Shown: positions 1 to 9,123, numbered from the stretch's first letter. The stretch: DNA of 64,000 nt from Opitutaceae bacterium (GCA_051252375.1 JBPOFY010000001.1:672001-736000), one strand, 5' to 3'. Translations and numbers: made by a program. Notes: generated from the letters alone by a model not told the origin.

Positions 1-2
1 TA

Positions 3-491
3 TTGGATACTGCTGGGGTGAATTATGCGGGGGCTGATTTGTCTAAATTGAGGGCGGTTCGCTACGATAAAGGCTTGGCGACACTGGCGGTATTGGATGG
101 TCCGAGTGGATTGCCGCAACCAGGAGCTCTCAAGGTTTCTGAGGGCATTGTCACTTGGATTGCCGACAATCAAATGAAAGGGATCTCACCAGAATTACCG
201 GCAATCACCATACATTCAGACGCGGCATTTGCTGAATTGCATTGGGATTCGTCCGACGAGGTGAGGGGGGCGCTAATGTTGAAAGCAGCAGAGCCATATC
301 TTCAGGCCAATGTAGTTGAGTATAAATGTCATCGTTGGGGTTTTACACTGCCAGTAAATCCACTGCCATATGCCTATTACCATAACCAGTCGTTGAGGTT
401 GGTGCTGATCGGAGACGCCTTTGGTGGGCCGCGAGTAGAAGGTGCGGCACTGTCCGGGATCGAGGGTGCGCAGGTCTTACTTCAGTCGTAA
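3..491 (+). CDS. NAD(P)/FAD-dependent oxidoreductase, renalase-like (5' truncated by window edge)
   Basis: C-terminal motifs CHRWGFTLP and IGDAFGGPRVEGAALSG, typical of renalase-type flavoproteins. Confidence 0.75.
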   Translation: MDTAGVNYAGADLSKLRAVRYDKGLATLAVLDGPSGLPQPGALKVSEGIVTWIADNQMKGISPELPAITIHSDAAFAELHWDSSDEVRGALMLKAAEPYLQANVVEYKCHRWGFTLPVNPLPYAYYHNQSLRLVLIGDAFGGPRVEGAALSGIEGAQVLLQS

Positions 492-559
492 TTGTTCGGC
501 CGTGTTATTTGTAAGCCTTTGCCGTTGCGAAGCCCTTTGATTTGTCCAGCATCGGCGAA

Positions 560-1297
560 ATGAAGCGACTCACTATATTCTCGACGTCTTTATTGCTTGC
601 CGTGTCTTTAAGCGCCGAGGTTGCGCTCCCTAAGCCGGAGCCAGTAGAGCCAGAAGTCGTGGATGCCGCTGAAGCGAAAGCTGCCGTTATTGATCTGTCG
701 AAAGCGATTCAACCAAGAAATGCGGCTGCCACTTGGTCATATACCTCTGCTTATTTTGAAGAGGGGCGCAAGATCTCCGGCGGCACGAGTGGGGAGAAGG
801 TGATCAAGGTCGTCGAGGTGGATGGCGTGACCTGTTATTTAATCAAGTTGACGATGGATTGGCGTTCGATTCTAGAGCGCTTGTCTGGTGTTAAATTGAC
901 TGAGGATGATTACAGTTATTATTGGGAGTATTTCAATGAGGAGGGCAGTTACAATCTGACTTTAGAGACGGGTGATACGCATGAGTTGTCTAGCCTCGAG
1001 GGCTTTGAACTCACCATCCCTTATCCCGTCAAGAAAGGTCACTCGTATCACTCTGATGGAGATCTGTATGAAATTACGGATGATGCGGCGGTAGTGAAAG
1101 TGGCTGCTGGAGCGTTTAGCTGCGTGGTTTATCAAATGAACTTTATCGACAAAGAAATGCCCGAGAACTCGGCACGCGAACGCTATTACATGTCGCCGGG
1201 AGTCGGTCTGGTGCGCTGGGAGATGGACGTGCAGTTAGGCGGTGCTTGGGTGCTAGATTCCCGAGACGATCTAGTGAAATATGACCTAAAAAGGTAG
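560..1297 (+). CDS. Exported hypothetical protein (beta-rich)
   Basis: ATG at 560 gives signal peptide MKRLTIFSTSLLLAVSLSA; VKVAAGAF...YYMSPGVGLVRWE pattern recalls DUF3108-like proteins. Confidence 0.6.
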   Translation: MKRLTIFSTSLLLAVSLSAEVALPKPEPVEPEVVDAAEAKAAVIDLSKAIQPRNAAATWSYTSAYFEEGRKISGGTSGEKVIKVVEVDGVTCYLIKLTMDWRSILERLSGVKLTEDDYSYYWEYFNEEGSYNLTLETGDTHELSSLEGFELTIPYPVKKGHSYHSDGDLYEITDDAAVVKVAAGAFSCVVYQMNFIDKEMPENSARERYYMSPGVGLVRWEMDVQLGGAWVLDSRDDLVKYDLKR

Positions 1298-1371
1298 CGG
1301 CGCTTGTCCCTAAGCGCCATACGTCAGAGTTAGACCGTTCCAGATGGCGCTTCGGGACAAGCGCCGCTACC
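1293..1371. repeat. REP doublet (GTAG-type inverted repeat)
   Basis: GGTAGCGGCGCTTGTCCCTAAGCGCCAT (1293-1320) and near-perfect reverse complement ATGGCGCTTCGGGACAAGCGCCGCTACC (1344-1371); each arm is itself a hairpin; lies between convergent genes. Confidence 0.8.
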
Positions 1372-1410
1372 GCCAACTGGTGGGGCATTGGAAGTAGGCG
1401 TTGAGGAAAC

Positions 1411-2394
1411 TCAGCTTTTGTCTGGAGGTGTCACGAGCACGCGTGTTTGCAGCCCCATCAAGTATTCAGAAAATGCTTCACCTTCAGGCGTGTTGCGCAG
1501 CACACGTTGAACCATGCCCATTTTGGCATCGAGGTTATCAATCATGGACACGAAGACCGCTTCAGGAGTCGCGGCCATCGCGGCGGCACCCCATTCTTTT
1601 TCGCCCTGATGGCTGAGGATGATGTGCTCTAGGCGCTCGGTTAGATCGGCATTGAGCTTGGATTGGATCGCGGCTTTGCGCGCGGTGCGAAACCCGAGCA
1701 CGACGTGCCCCTGCAGGGTGCCGATGCGGCTCACTTTGGAGGCAAAATCACCTTCATACTCTTCGAGTTTGCCGACGTCGTGCAGTATGATTCCCGCAAT
1801 CGCGAGGTCCGCGTCGACTTGTGGGTAAAGTGGGAGTAGGGCGCGGCAAGCCCGCACCATGTGAGTGGTGTGCTCCAATAAGCCATGGCGATAGGCGTGG
1901 TGCATGCTGATGGCTGCAGTGCTTGTGCGGAACTGCTCGCCCCATTCATCCATCACGCGTTGCACGGTGTCGCGAAGCTGCGGGTGCTCGATGGCGGCGA
2001 TGGCATCGACAATGTCGGCCCAGAGCTCTTCTTCGGATTCCGGTGGGACTTCCACGAGCTGGCTGAGCACGCCCTCTTCGTCGGCTTCACTGGCTTCTAT
2101 TTCTTCGCCAGCTTGGAGTTTAGGAGAGAAGCGGTCTTGATAGTATTCCGTCTTTCCCGCGATGCGGACAATGGCGCCTTCGTTTACGTCCACCAGTGCG
2201 TTGTATGGCGGCGTGTTGTCGAAACAGTTGGCGGTGAAGCTGCCACTGCTGTCACCTAGTTCGACACTAAGGAAAGGGTTGCCGTTACGAGCCGTCTTCA
2301 CGGTCTTACGTCTTAAAATATAGATGCCGCGAAAAGGTGCTGCGAGTGCCGCATCGATTTGCTTGAGTTCTTGAATCGTTTTGTAGTCGGACAT
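1411..2394 (-). CDS. YhaM-family 3'-5' exoribonuclease (OB fold + HD domain)
   Basis: N-terminal OB-like region (PFLSVELGDSSG), MHHAYRHGLLEHT, ILHDVGKLEE, IILSHQG, IDNLDAKM. Confidence 0.85.
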   Translation of the reverse strand: MSDYKTIQELKQIDAALAAPFRGIYILRRKTVKTARNGNPFLSVELGDSSGSFTANCFDNTPPYNALVDVNEGAIVRIAGKTEYYQDRFSPKLQAGEEIEASEADEEGVLSQLVEVPPESEEELWADIVDAIAAIEHPQLRDTVQRVMDEWGEQFRTSTAAISMHHAYRHGLLEHTTHMVRACRALLPLYPQVDADLAIAGIILHDVGKLEEYEGDFASKVSRIGTLQGHVVLGFRTARKAAIQSKLNADLTERLEHIILSHQGEKEWGAAAMAATPEAVFVSMIDNLDAKMGMVQRVLRNTPEGEAFSEYLMGLQTRVLVTPPDKS

Positions 2395-2464
2395 GGCTCA
2401 GTTTATTAAGCCGACTTGCAAAAAAAGGGGAAGGTGAAAAATGTATGAATCGCAGATTCACTTC

Positions 2465-2522
2465 TTACTCCTAATCCTGATCTCTTTGCTAGAAGCGATG
2501 TGGGCGGGAGGATTAAGAGTTA
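2465..2522. repeat. Short gene-less copy of the inverted hexamer (TTAATC/TTACTC) repeat element
   Basis: TTACTC CTAATC CTGATC ... GATTAA GAGTTA; same units as the arms at 16597-17070. Confidence 0.55.
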
Positions 2523-3731
2523 CTACCTGCCTCCGCCAATCCATCCTTTACGCCAGAAGTAGAAGGCGAGACCGGTAGTCATGCTCAAGCAGATGCCCCA
2601 AAATGCAAAGTAGGCATACTTCCACTGAAGTTCGGGAATGTATTCGAAGTTCATTCCATAGACGCCCGCGACAAAGGTAATGGGTATGAAGAAACTGGCC
2701 ATGATCGTCAGCACTTTCATGATTTCGTTCATCTTGTTGCCGACGGAAGATTGATAAAGGTCGTTCAGCCCAGACGCGGTTTCTCGATAGGTTTCGATCA
2801 AATCGATCACCTGCATGGTGTGGTCCTGCACGTCGCGGTAAAAAGTTTTGAGCGATTCATCGATCAGCCCGGATTCGTCGCGGTAGAGCCCATCGATGAG
2901 TTCGCGTAGCGGCCATAGTGTGCGGCGTTGAAGCGAGAGGTCTCGTTTCATTGAGAACAGCTTTTGCTGGCATGCTGGGCTGGGGTGCTGCGATATCTCT
3001 TCCTCGAGATCTTCGAGTGCCGCGCCGTAACCTTCAAGGAGCGGAAAAAGATGGTCCACGATACAGTCAATTAAAGCATAGAAAAGGTAGTCAGCCTGTT
3101 GGTTGCGAAAACGACCCTTCGGATTGTTCAATCGCTTGCGCACGGGATCAAAGACATCGCCGACTTCCTCTTGGAAGGAAATAAGCGTGTCTTTAAAAAG
3201 AAAGAAGGCGATTTGCTCGTTCTTCAGCTTTCTATCTAGCACCTGGATTTGGCGAACGATGATCTGTATATGGTCGCTAAAGGCTTCGAGTTTCGGGCGT
3301 TGGTAGGTGTTGAGCACGTCCTCTGCGGAGAGGGTGTGGACGCCGAAGTGCTTACAGACGCGATCTACTATTTTCGGATTCAAGCCGTCCACGTTGATCC
3401 AGCGAACTTTTTGCGCTTCTTTGCGCGGCAAGTTGAGCGCTTCGCCGATATCCGAGTATTCGGTCGTATCGTAGAAATCCGCGCCGTAGTCGACTACTGT
3501 GATGCGCACGGGTGTTTCCGCGCCTTCTTTTTCTAGGTAGTGTTCGATGCCAGGAGCTGTGCCAGGTGCGGGTTTTCTGTGTGAATTCCCTGCCGTAATG
3601 ATCGGGTGAAACACGCTCTTCCCGATTCCTATAATCGTGGAAGTGAAAAAACTAGCAGTTTTAGAGAGTGCGTCGCCGGCAGCATTGGCGACATCTTTGG
3701 CAGAATCGAGCGGTTGTTTCACTTGGCACAT
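2523..3731 (-). CDS. corA: Magnesium/cobalt transporter CorA
   Basis: QRPKLE, MNEIMKVLT, YGMNFEYIPEL signature, two C-terminal TM helices; start codon uncertain. Confidence 0.95.
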   Translation of the reverse strand: MCQVKQPLDSAKDVANAAGDALSKTASFFTSTIIGIGKSVFHPIITAGNSHRKPAPGTAPGIEHYLEKEGAETPVRITVVDYGADFYDTTEYSDIGEALNLPRKEAQKVRWINVDGLNPKIVDRVCKHFGVHTLSAEDVLNTYQRPKLEAFSDHIQIIVRQIQVLDRKLKNEQIAFFLFKDTLISFQEEVGDVFDPVRKRLNNPKGRFRNQQADYLFYALIDCIVDHLFPLLEGYGAALEDLEEEISQHPSPACQQKLFSMKRDLSLQRRTLWPLRELIDGLYRDESGLIDESLKTFYRDVQDHTMQVIDLIETYRETASGLNDLYQSSVGNKMNEIMKVLTIMASFFIPITFVAGVYGMNFEYIPELQWKYAYFAFWGICLSMTTGLAFYFWRKGWIGGGR

Positions 3732-4017
3732 CGTCGTGCTTTTTGAGCAGAGTGCAATCGGGAATATGCTTTCAGATGCAAGTCAGGTTTTGGCTTCTCC
3801 GGCGATTGAAATAAGGGGTGGCTTGCTTTGGCGCTACGCCTCACTGTTCCGTTTGAAGATACATCTCGAAAGTAGCGTAGCCATTCTTAAGGGTGTAGTT
3901 TTCGGATGAACGGAGGGCAGGATGCCTATACTGCTAGATAAATTTTCCAAAGTGACTAACGAATATGTCGCGAAAATACCCTTGTCAGTTCTGATCTCTG
4001 CTATACCAAACAGCACT

Positions 4018-5376
4018 ATGAAGATTTGCTGTATTGGAGCTGGATACGTTGGGGGCCCGACCATGGCCATGATTGCACATAAGTGCGCAGGTCACACCGT
4101 CACTGTTGTCGACATCAATCAGGCTCGGATTGATGCATGGAATTCCGCGGAATTGCCGATCTTTGAGCCGGGGCTCGATGAGATCGTGCAAGCCAACCGA
4201 GGAAAGAACCTTTTCTTCTCTACTGATGTCGATACTGCGATTCGTGAGGCGGATATGATATTCTTGAGTGTCAACACGCCCACCAAAACCTACGGGGTGG
4301 GTGCGGGTCGCGCGGCGGATTTGCGTTATATCGAAAAATGTGCCCGTAAAATCGCCGAGGTTGCTGAAGACGATAAGATCGTTGTGGAAAAGTCCACTCT
4401 CCCTGTGCGCACTGCCGAATCGGTCAAGCGCATCCTTGAGTCCAACTCGAATGGGCGTCATTTCCAGATTCTTTCCAATCCCGAGTTCCTTGCGGAAGGC
4501 ACCGCCATTGAAGACCTTACCGCCCCAGACCGTGTTCTGATCGGCGGCGATCAGACGCCTGAAGGTCTTGCGGCCATTCAAAAGCTGGTCGATGTCTACG
4601 CGGAATGGGTGCCTCGCGAAAAGATTCTGACTACAAATATTTGGTCCTCCGAGCTCTCGAAGCTCACTGCCAACGCCTTCCTCGCCCAGCGTATTTCTTC
4701 GATCAATGCCATTTCCGCGCTTTGCGAAGCGACTGGCGCGGATGTTGATGAAGTGGCGCATGCCATCGGCACAGATAGTCGAATTGGCCCGAAGTTTCTT
4801 AAGTCGTCCGTCGGTTTTGGTGGCTCCTGTTTCCAGAAAGACATCCTTAATCTGGTGTATCTGTGTGAGCACTTTGGACTGCCAGATGTCGCGACCTACT
4901 GGTATGGCGTGATCGAAATGAACGATTATCAGAAACATCGTTTCGGTCGTCGCATCCTTTCCAGCATGTTCAACACGGTGTCGGATAAGAAAATTGCCGT
5001 CCTCGGCTTTGCCTTTAAGAAAGACACGAATGATACGCGCGAGTCGGCGGCTATTTATGTCTGCCGCGATCTGCTCGAAGAGCAGGCCAATATCGCGATA
5101 TACGACCCTAAAGTATCTGCCGCGCAAATATACAAAGACCTCGAGATCGACGCCGATCATCCGAATGTCACGCTTTGCGGCGATGCCTACGAAGCGACAA
5201 AAGATGCCCATGCTGTTTTGATCCTGACCGAATGGGACGAGTTTAAGTCCCTCGATTTCAATAAGATACACGATAGTATGCAGTTGCCTGCTTTCCTGTT
5301 CGATGGGCGTAATATCCTCGATCTCGACGCGCTTCGTAAGATCGGCTTCGAAGCCTCCGGCATCGGCCGCGGCTAA
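4018..5376 (+). CDS. ugd: UDP-glucose 6-dehydrogenase
   Basis: [13 protein letters not shown]ossmann motif, [25 protein letters not shown] (catalytic Cys), [12 protein letters not shown]. Confidence 0.95.
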   Translation: MKICCIGAGYVGGPTMAMIAHKCAGHTVTVVDINQARIDAWNSAELPIFEPGLDEIVQANRGKNLFFSTDVDTAIREADMIFLSVNTPTKTYGVGAGRAADLRYIEKCARKIAEVAEDDKIVVEKSTLPVRTAESVKRILESNSNGRHFQILSNPEFLAEGTAIEDLTAPDRVLIGGDQTPEGLAAIQKLVDVYAEWVPREKILTTNIWSSELSKLTANAFLAQRISSINAISALCEATGADVDEVAHAIGTDSRIGPKFLKSSVGFGGSCFQKDILNLVYLCEHFGLPDVATYWYGVIEMNDYQKHRFGRRILSSMFNTVSDKKIAVLGFAFKKDTNDTRESAAIYVCRDLLEEQANIAIYDPKVSAAQIYKDLEIDADHPNVTLCGDAYEATKDAHAVLILTEWDEFKSLDFNKIHDSMQLPAFLFDGRNILDLDALRKIGFEASGIGRG

Positions 5377-5379
5377 TAT

Positions 5380-5757
5380 AATACCATTTCTGAAAATATT
5401 TGATCTACTGAATTGAATGGTAGTGCAGCACCGTCTCTCCTGCCATGAGTTGGTCGAATGGGTGCGCACCACGTCCTGCTAGCTAACCTTACGGTAGTTC
5501 GTGCATTCGACAAGCTCATGCCTGAGCGGTGCGAGACGCACAGAATGGCACTACCTTAAGAAGGAATTCGGTAAACTTCTGGAGGGTTGCGCTCTGTCGC
5601 AACCGCCGATAGTTCGATACATCTAGGCGTTTCTGCGGCAATGACAGAGCATTGCCCTCCAAATGAAATTACAGATATCATACTGGTATTACTCTTAAGC
5701 TAGTGCCATTCGAGACGCACGTGCGCGACCAGATCAAACAATGTTAAAAATGGTATT
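5380..5757. mobile_element. Nested non-autonomous MITE/REP composite
   Basis: Outer 27-bp imperfect IR (5380-5406/5731-5757); inner IR GAATGGCACTACCTTAAGA/TCTTAAGCTAGTGCCATTC flanked by direct repeat GAGACGCAC; central GGAG-type hairpin pair 5580-5661. Confidence 0.7.
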
Positions 5758-5853
5758 GGAGCTTCGATTTTAGGTTTTTGGCGACCACGGGACTCGCGGT
5801 CGCAGCATTGACAATTGGCTCTGTCGGTATCTCTTTGTTGCTAACTCCATCCT

Positions 5854-6873
5854 ATGTCCAAAAATCTAAACATCAATCAACCCTTTCGCTTGCCAGTTCG
5901 TGCAGGCTTAATTTTTAGCATCATTTTTGCGCTGACCGCATCATATTCAATGCTGTGCGCGCAGGAAGAGGAGGCGCTTTCTTATCGTCAAACTATTGAG
6001 AAGCTAAGACCGATGTTGCACGTTGGATTAGATCCAAAGCTGGGGAGGATTCTGGATAATTACTATGAAAGTAATTACACTAGTGCGCACCATTGGGATA
6101 AGATTCAGAGTATGCGTTTTGATGGAGTCTTGGAGACGCCGGAAGGCGAATTGCGTTTTGTCGCTTTTAAGAAAAAGCCAGACTATTATAAGGTAGTTAT
6201 CTATGTCGGGGAGGCTGCCCGCTATGTTATGGCCTACGATGGTGAGGATGCCTGGCAGTTCTCGACGGCGGAGGGGGAGGCAGTTGATATGCCCGAGATG
6301 GAAGCCTTGGATTTTATTCGCGATGCCACTTTGGGTGGTCACTTGTTTTATCCGCAGTTTCCGGGGAAGGAGATTCGTTTGGATGGTTCGGTGTTGGTTG
6401 ATGGGGAGCGCTGCTATCGATTACTCATCACTTTGCCGGATGGAGACCAGATTGTTTCTGCGCTCGATTTTTCTTCGTTTTCTGAGCGTCAGCAAAGCGT
6501 GGTGAATCACGTTACCGGCAAGACCGAAGTAAATACACATGGTAAATTTGGGATAGTGGACGGTGTTCGAATTCCATTTTTATCTATTCTGCACGTCGAC
6601 GGTGAAAAGGTGCATTCCGTTAAGATGATTCAGGTGCAGGCTAATGTCGGAATAATGTCTTGGATGTTTCAACGCCCCTCAGGCGCTCTCATACCAGATG
6701 CACCATCAGATTCATTAGGGGGGAGTGCTTTTGGTGTAGAGAGTCCATCGCAAGCCACTTTCGGGAGCGAAGGGTCAGCTTTTGAGTCCGAGACTAAGGC
6801 GCCTGCATCTGATTGGGATGCGCCGGAATTGGCCCCGCTGGAAATCGAGAAGCTACTAAAGGGCGTAAAGTAG
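5854..6873 (+). CDS. Exported hypothetical protein, probable LolA-like/outer-membrane lipoprotein-sorting fold
   Basis: N-terminal hydrophobic segment; KIQSMRFDG, KKPDYYK, MAYDGEDAW, VDGERCYRL, VDGVRIPF patterns; low-complexity tail. Confidence 0.6.
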   Translation: MSKNLNINQPFRLPVRAGLIFSIIFALTASYSMLCAQEEEALSYRQTIEKLRPMLHVGLDPKLGRILDNYYESNYTSAHHWDKIQSMRFDGVLETPEGELRFVAFKKKPDYYKVVIYVGEAARYVMAYDGEDAWQFSTAEGEAVDMPEMEALDFIRDATLGGHLFYPQFPGKEIRLDGSVLVDGERCYRLLITLPDGDQIVSALDFSSFSERQQSVVNHVTGKTEVNTHGKFGIVDGVRIPFLSILHVDGEKVHSVKMIQVQANVGIMSWMFQRPSGALIPDAPSDSLGGSAFGVESPSQATFGSEGSAFESETKAPASDWDAPELAPLEIEKLLKGVK

Positions 6874-7022
6874 CTGTTCCGTGCTATATATCACTAATAT
6901 CCGCTATTCATTTTGTTAAATCCAATAAAAAAAGTTCAAGTTCTTGTATTCGGTACTTGCGCTTTTATTTTTATTGTTCTTTTTTGAACCTCGTCTAACT
7001 TCTACAAACTACTTAAAAAATT

Positions 7023-8057
7023 ATGAAGACATACCTAAAACCCCTGTTCCTCTTTTCGGGCTGCGCGCTCGCTGCAATTTCAACTCTCAACGCTGGGGTA
7101 GCTACTCCAGTGACGACCGATCCTGTTGGCTATGTGACGGTGACCATTAACGGCACTGGTGGTGTCGCAAGTGAAGCATTCACATATATGGGTGCGCCAT
7201 TGCATGCGGCAACTTCAACGGCTGGTGCCCTTGACACTTCTGCGGCTAACACTCTTACCGACTCGTCTCAAACTTGGACGGTTGATGCATATGCAGGTAA
7301 TTATGTTTTAATTACATCCGGCACTAACGAAGGTGTAAGCGCGACCATTGCATCAAATACAGCAACAGCACTTACAACAGTCGAAGATCTTGACAGCCTA
7401 CTTGCTGGCGATGAGACCTTTGAAATTCGTTCTTACACTACTATCGGTGATCTCTTCGGCGCCGCTAACGAAGCTGGACTAGACGGTGGTAGTGGTGCTG
7501 GTAATGCTGACAATATTCTACTGCAGGATGGGGCTGGTGGCTTCGATACCTACTATTATAAAGATTCAGGTATTTTCGGTGGCACAGGCTGGCGTAGTTC
7601 TGCAAGTAATTCGATTGATGAGTCTGGTGCCGCGATTCCCTTTGGCTCTGGAGCGATTGTGGTGCGTCGTCAGTCTGCTGATATTGACCTCGTGATTTCT
7701 GGAGCAGTGTTCGGTGGAGATGCAACTTCTCCTGTCGAGGCTGGGTTTAATTGGATGGCTACAGCGATCCCTGTTGATGTGACTCTTGCAGGCTTGTTTG
7801 GAGCAGCAAATGAGGCAGGTCTTGATGGTGGTAGTGGTGCCGGTAATGCTGATAATATTCTGGTCCAAGATGGTTCAGGTGGATTTGACATCTACTACTA
7901 TAAAGATGCAGGTATCTTCGGCGGCACAGGATGGCGTAGTTCCGCAAGTAACTCGGTTGACGAGTCGGCCGCAGTTGTGGCTACTCCGGGGCAAATGTTC
8001 CTAATCAATCGTTCTGGTGGAGCAGGAATTAACTTGACTGAAACATCACCACTATAA
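7023..8057 (+). CDS. TIGR02597-like Verrucomicrobial exported protein with duplicated ~60 aa module
   Basis: Signal peptide followed by TTDPVGYVT motif; two near-identical blocks LFGAANEAGL...YYYKD.GIFGGTGWRSS 114 aa apart. Confidence 0.75.
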   Translation: MKTYLKPLFLFSGCALAAISTLNAGVATPVTTDPVGYVTVTINGTGGVASEAFTYMGAPLHAATSTAGALDTSAANTLTDSSQTWTVDAYAGNYVLITSGTNEGVSATIASNTATALTTVEDLDSLLAGDETFEIRSYTTIGDLFGAANEAGLDGGSGAGNADNILLQDGAGGFDTYYYKDSGIFGGTGWRSSASNSIDESGAAIPFGSGAIVVRRQSADIDLVISGAVFGGDATSPVEAGFNWMATAIPVDVTLAGLFGAANEAGLDGGSGAGNADNILVQDGSGGFDIYYYKDAGIFGGTGWRSSASNSVDESAAVVATPGQMFLINRSGGAGINLTETSPL

Positions 8058-8098
8058 TTTAATCCTCTTTTTCCCAATAACAACATAACTTACTTACT

Positions 8099-8731
8099 AT
8101 GAAAAATATCAAAACTACAATGATTGCTGCAAGTGCTCTGCTGCTTGCTGCAATATCTTTACCAGCTGCAGGCATCCAGTTTACTGCTCAGACTGCAAAT
8201 AATATTGCTGGCGTAAGCGAAGCGGCTCTTCCTGCTGCTGGGCTCGTCGAAGTCGGCACATGGGATGGTGCAACCTTCTCCGTGCTCGGTTCCGGCCCGA
8301 ACGACAATGCAGGCTTCGTTGGACCAGGCGATGGTTTCTTCAACAATTCAGTAGCTAAATTTGACACGAATTCAATCGCGGGTGCTCAACTAGCTTTTCG
8401 CTGGTCTGATGGTGTAAATGTTGGTATTGCTTACTTTGACATTACTGCTGGTGGTGATGCTGGGGTTACTGCCCAATGGACAGCGAAAGCTGGCGATGGT
8501 GGCGGCACAGATTTCAATGTTAACATTATGGATCTATCTGATCTTACCAATCGCACTGACTATTCGGCTTTGGACGGTCCAGCTGTTCTTATCGGCGCAG
8601 CGTTCGGTGGAACGAATCTTGGAGGTGTTCCTTCCTTTAACTTAGTTCCAGTTCCTGAGCCATCTGCTTTCGCAGCACTTGCAGGTGTTATGGCACTTGG
8701 TTTCGTGGCACTTCGCCGCCGTCGCGCATAG
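8099..8731 (+). CDS. PEP-CTERM sorting domain protein
   Basis: Signal peptide; C-terminal VPEPSA + TM helix + RRRRA. Confidence 0.95.
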   Translation: MKNIKTTMIAASALLLAAISLPAAGIQFTAQTANNIAGVSEAALPAAGLVEVGTWDGATFSVLGSGPNDNAGFVGPGDGFFNNSVAKFDTNSIAGAQLAFRWSDGVNVGIAYFDITAGGDAGVTAQWTAKAGDGGGTDFNVNIMDLSDLTNRTDYSALDGPAVLIGAAFGGTNLGGVPSFNLVPVPEPSAFAALAGVMALGFVALRRRRA

Positions 8732-8749
8732 TTCGCTTCAAAACATTTC

Positions 8750-8782
8750 AAAAAGCCTCAGCGTTTGCTGAGGCTTTTTTTT
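8750..8782 (+). terminator. Rho-independent terminator
   Basis: AAAAAGCCTCAGC-GTTT-GCTGAGGC-T8. Confidence 0.9.
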
Positions 8783-8916
8783 GTGCCTGCTGGTCGACAT
8801 TGAAGATCAATATACACTCTGAGGTGCTAGATTTAGAAATATAATAGGTTCAACGTCGAATAGCGGGGAGCCTCTTGCTGCTTACTGGATTGATTAAGAA
8901 AAGAACGTTGTGCTGG

Positions 8917-9055
8917 TTGTAGCCACGTCACTCTGTGACGTGTTTCATTGCGCTTCCTCAGAGTTGGATTTTGATGCGTGGCACGTCACAGCTTCGACCA
9001 TCTCGACAAGCTCGGGGCAGGCATGCTCAGGTCGGGGAGCGTGACGTGGCTACAA
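8917..9055. repeat. GTAG-type REP doublet with interrupted right arm
   Basis: TTGTAGCCACGTCACTCTGTGACGTG (8917-8942); its complement is split into CACGTCACAG (8982-8991) and GTGACGTGGCTACAA (9041-9055) by a ~46-bp insert. Confidence 0.75.
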
Positions 9056-9123
9056 GGTGCTTCCTATAAAAACTGAGTCGAGTATTCATCGCCACTGCTT
9101 CAGGCAATCGACGATGAACCAAT

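Noticed and set aside
3985..5472. 495 aa ORF antisense to ugd (and similar long antisense ORFs over both fusA genes, yidC and r-protein genes)
   Set aside because: They overlap well-supported genes on the opposite strand, show no recognisable motifs and are explained by codon bias of the sense genes.
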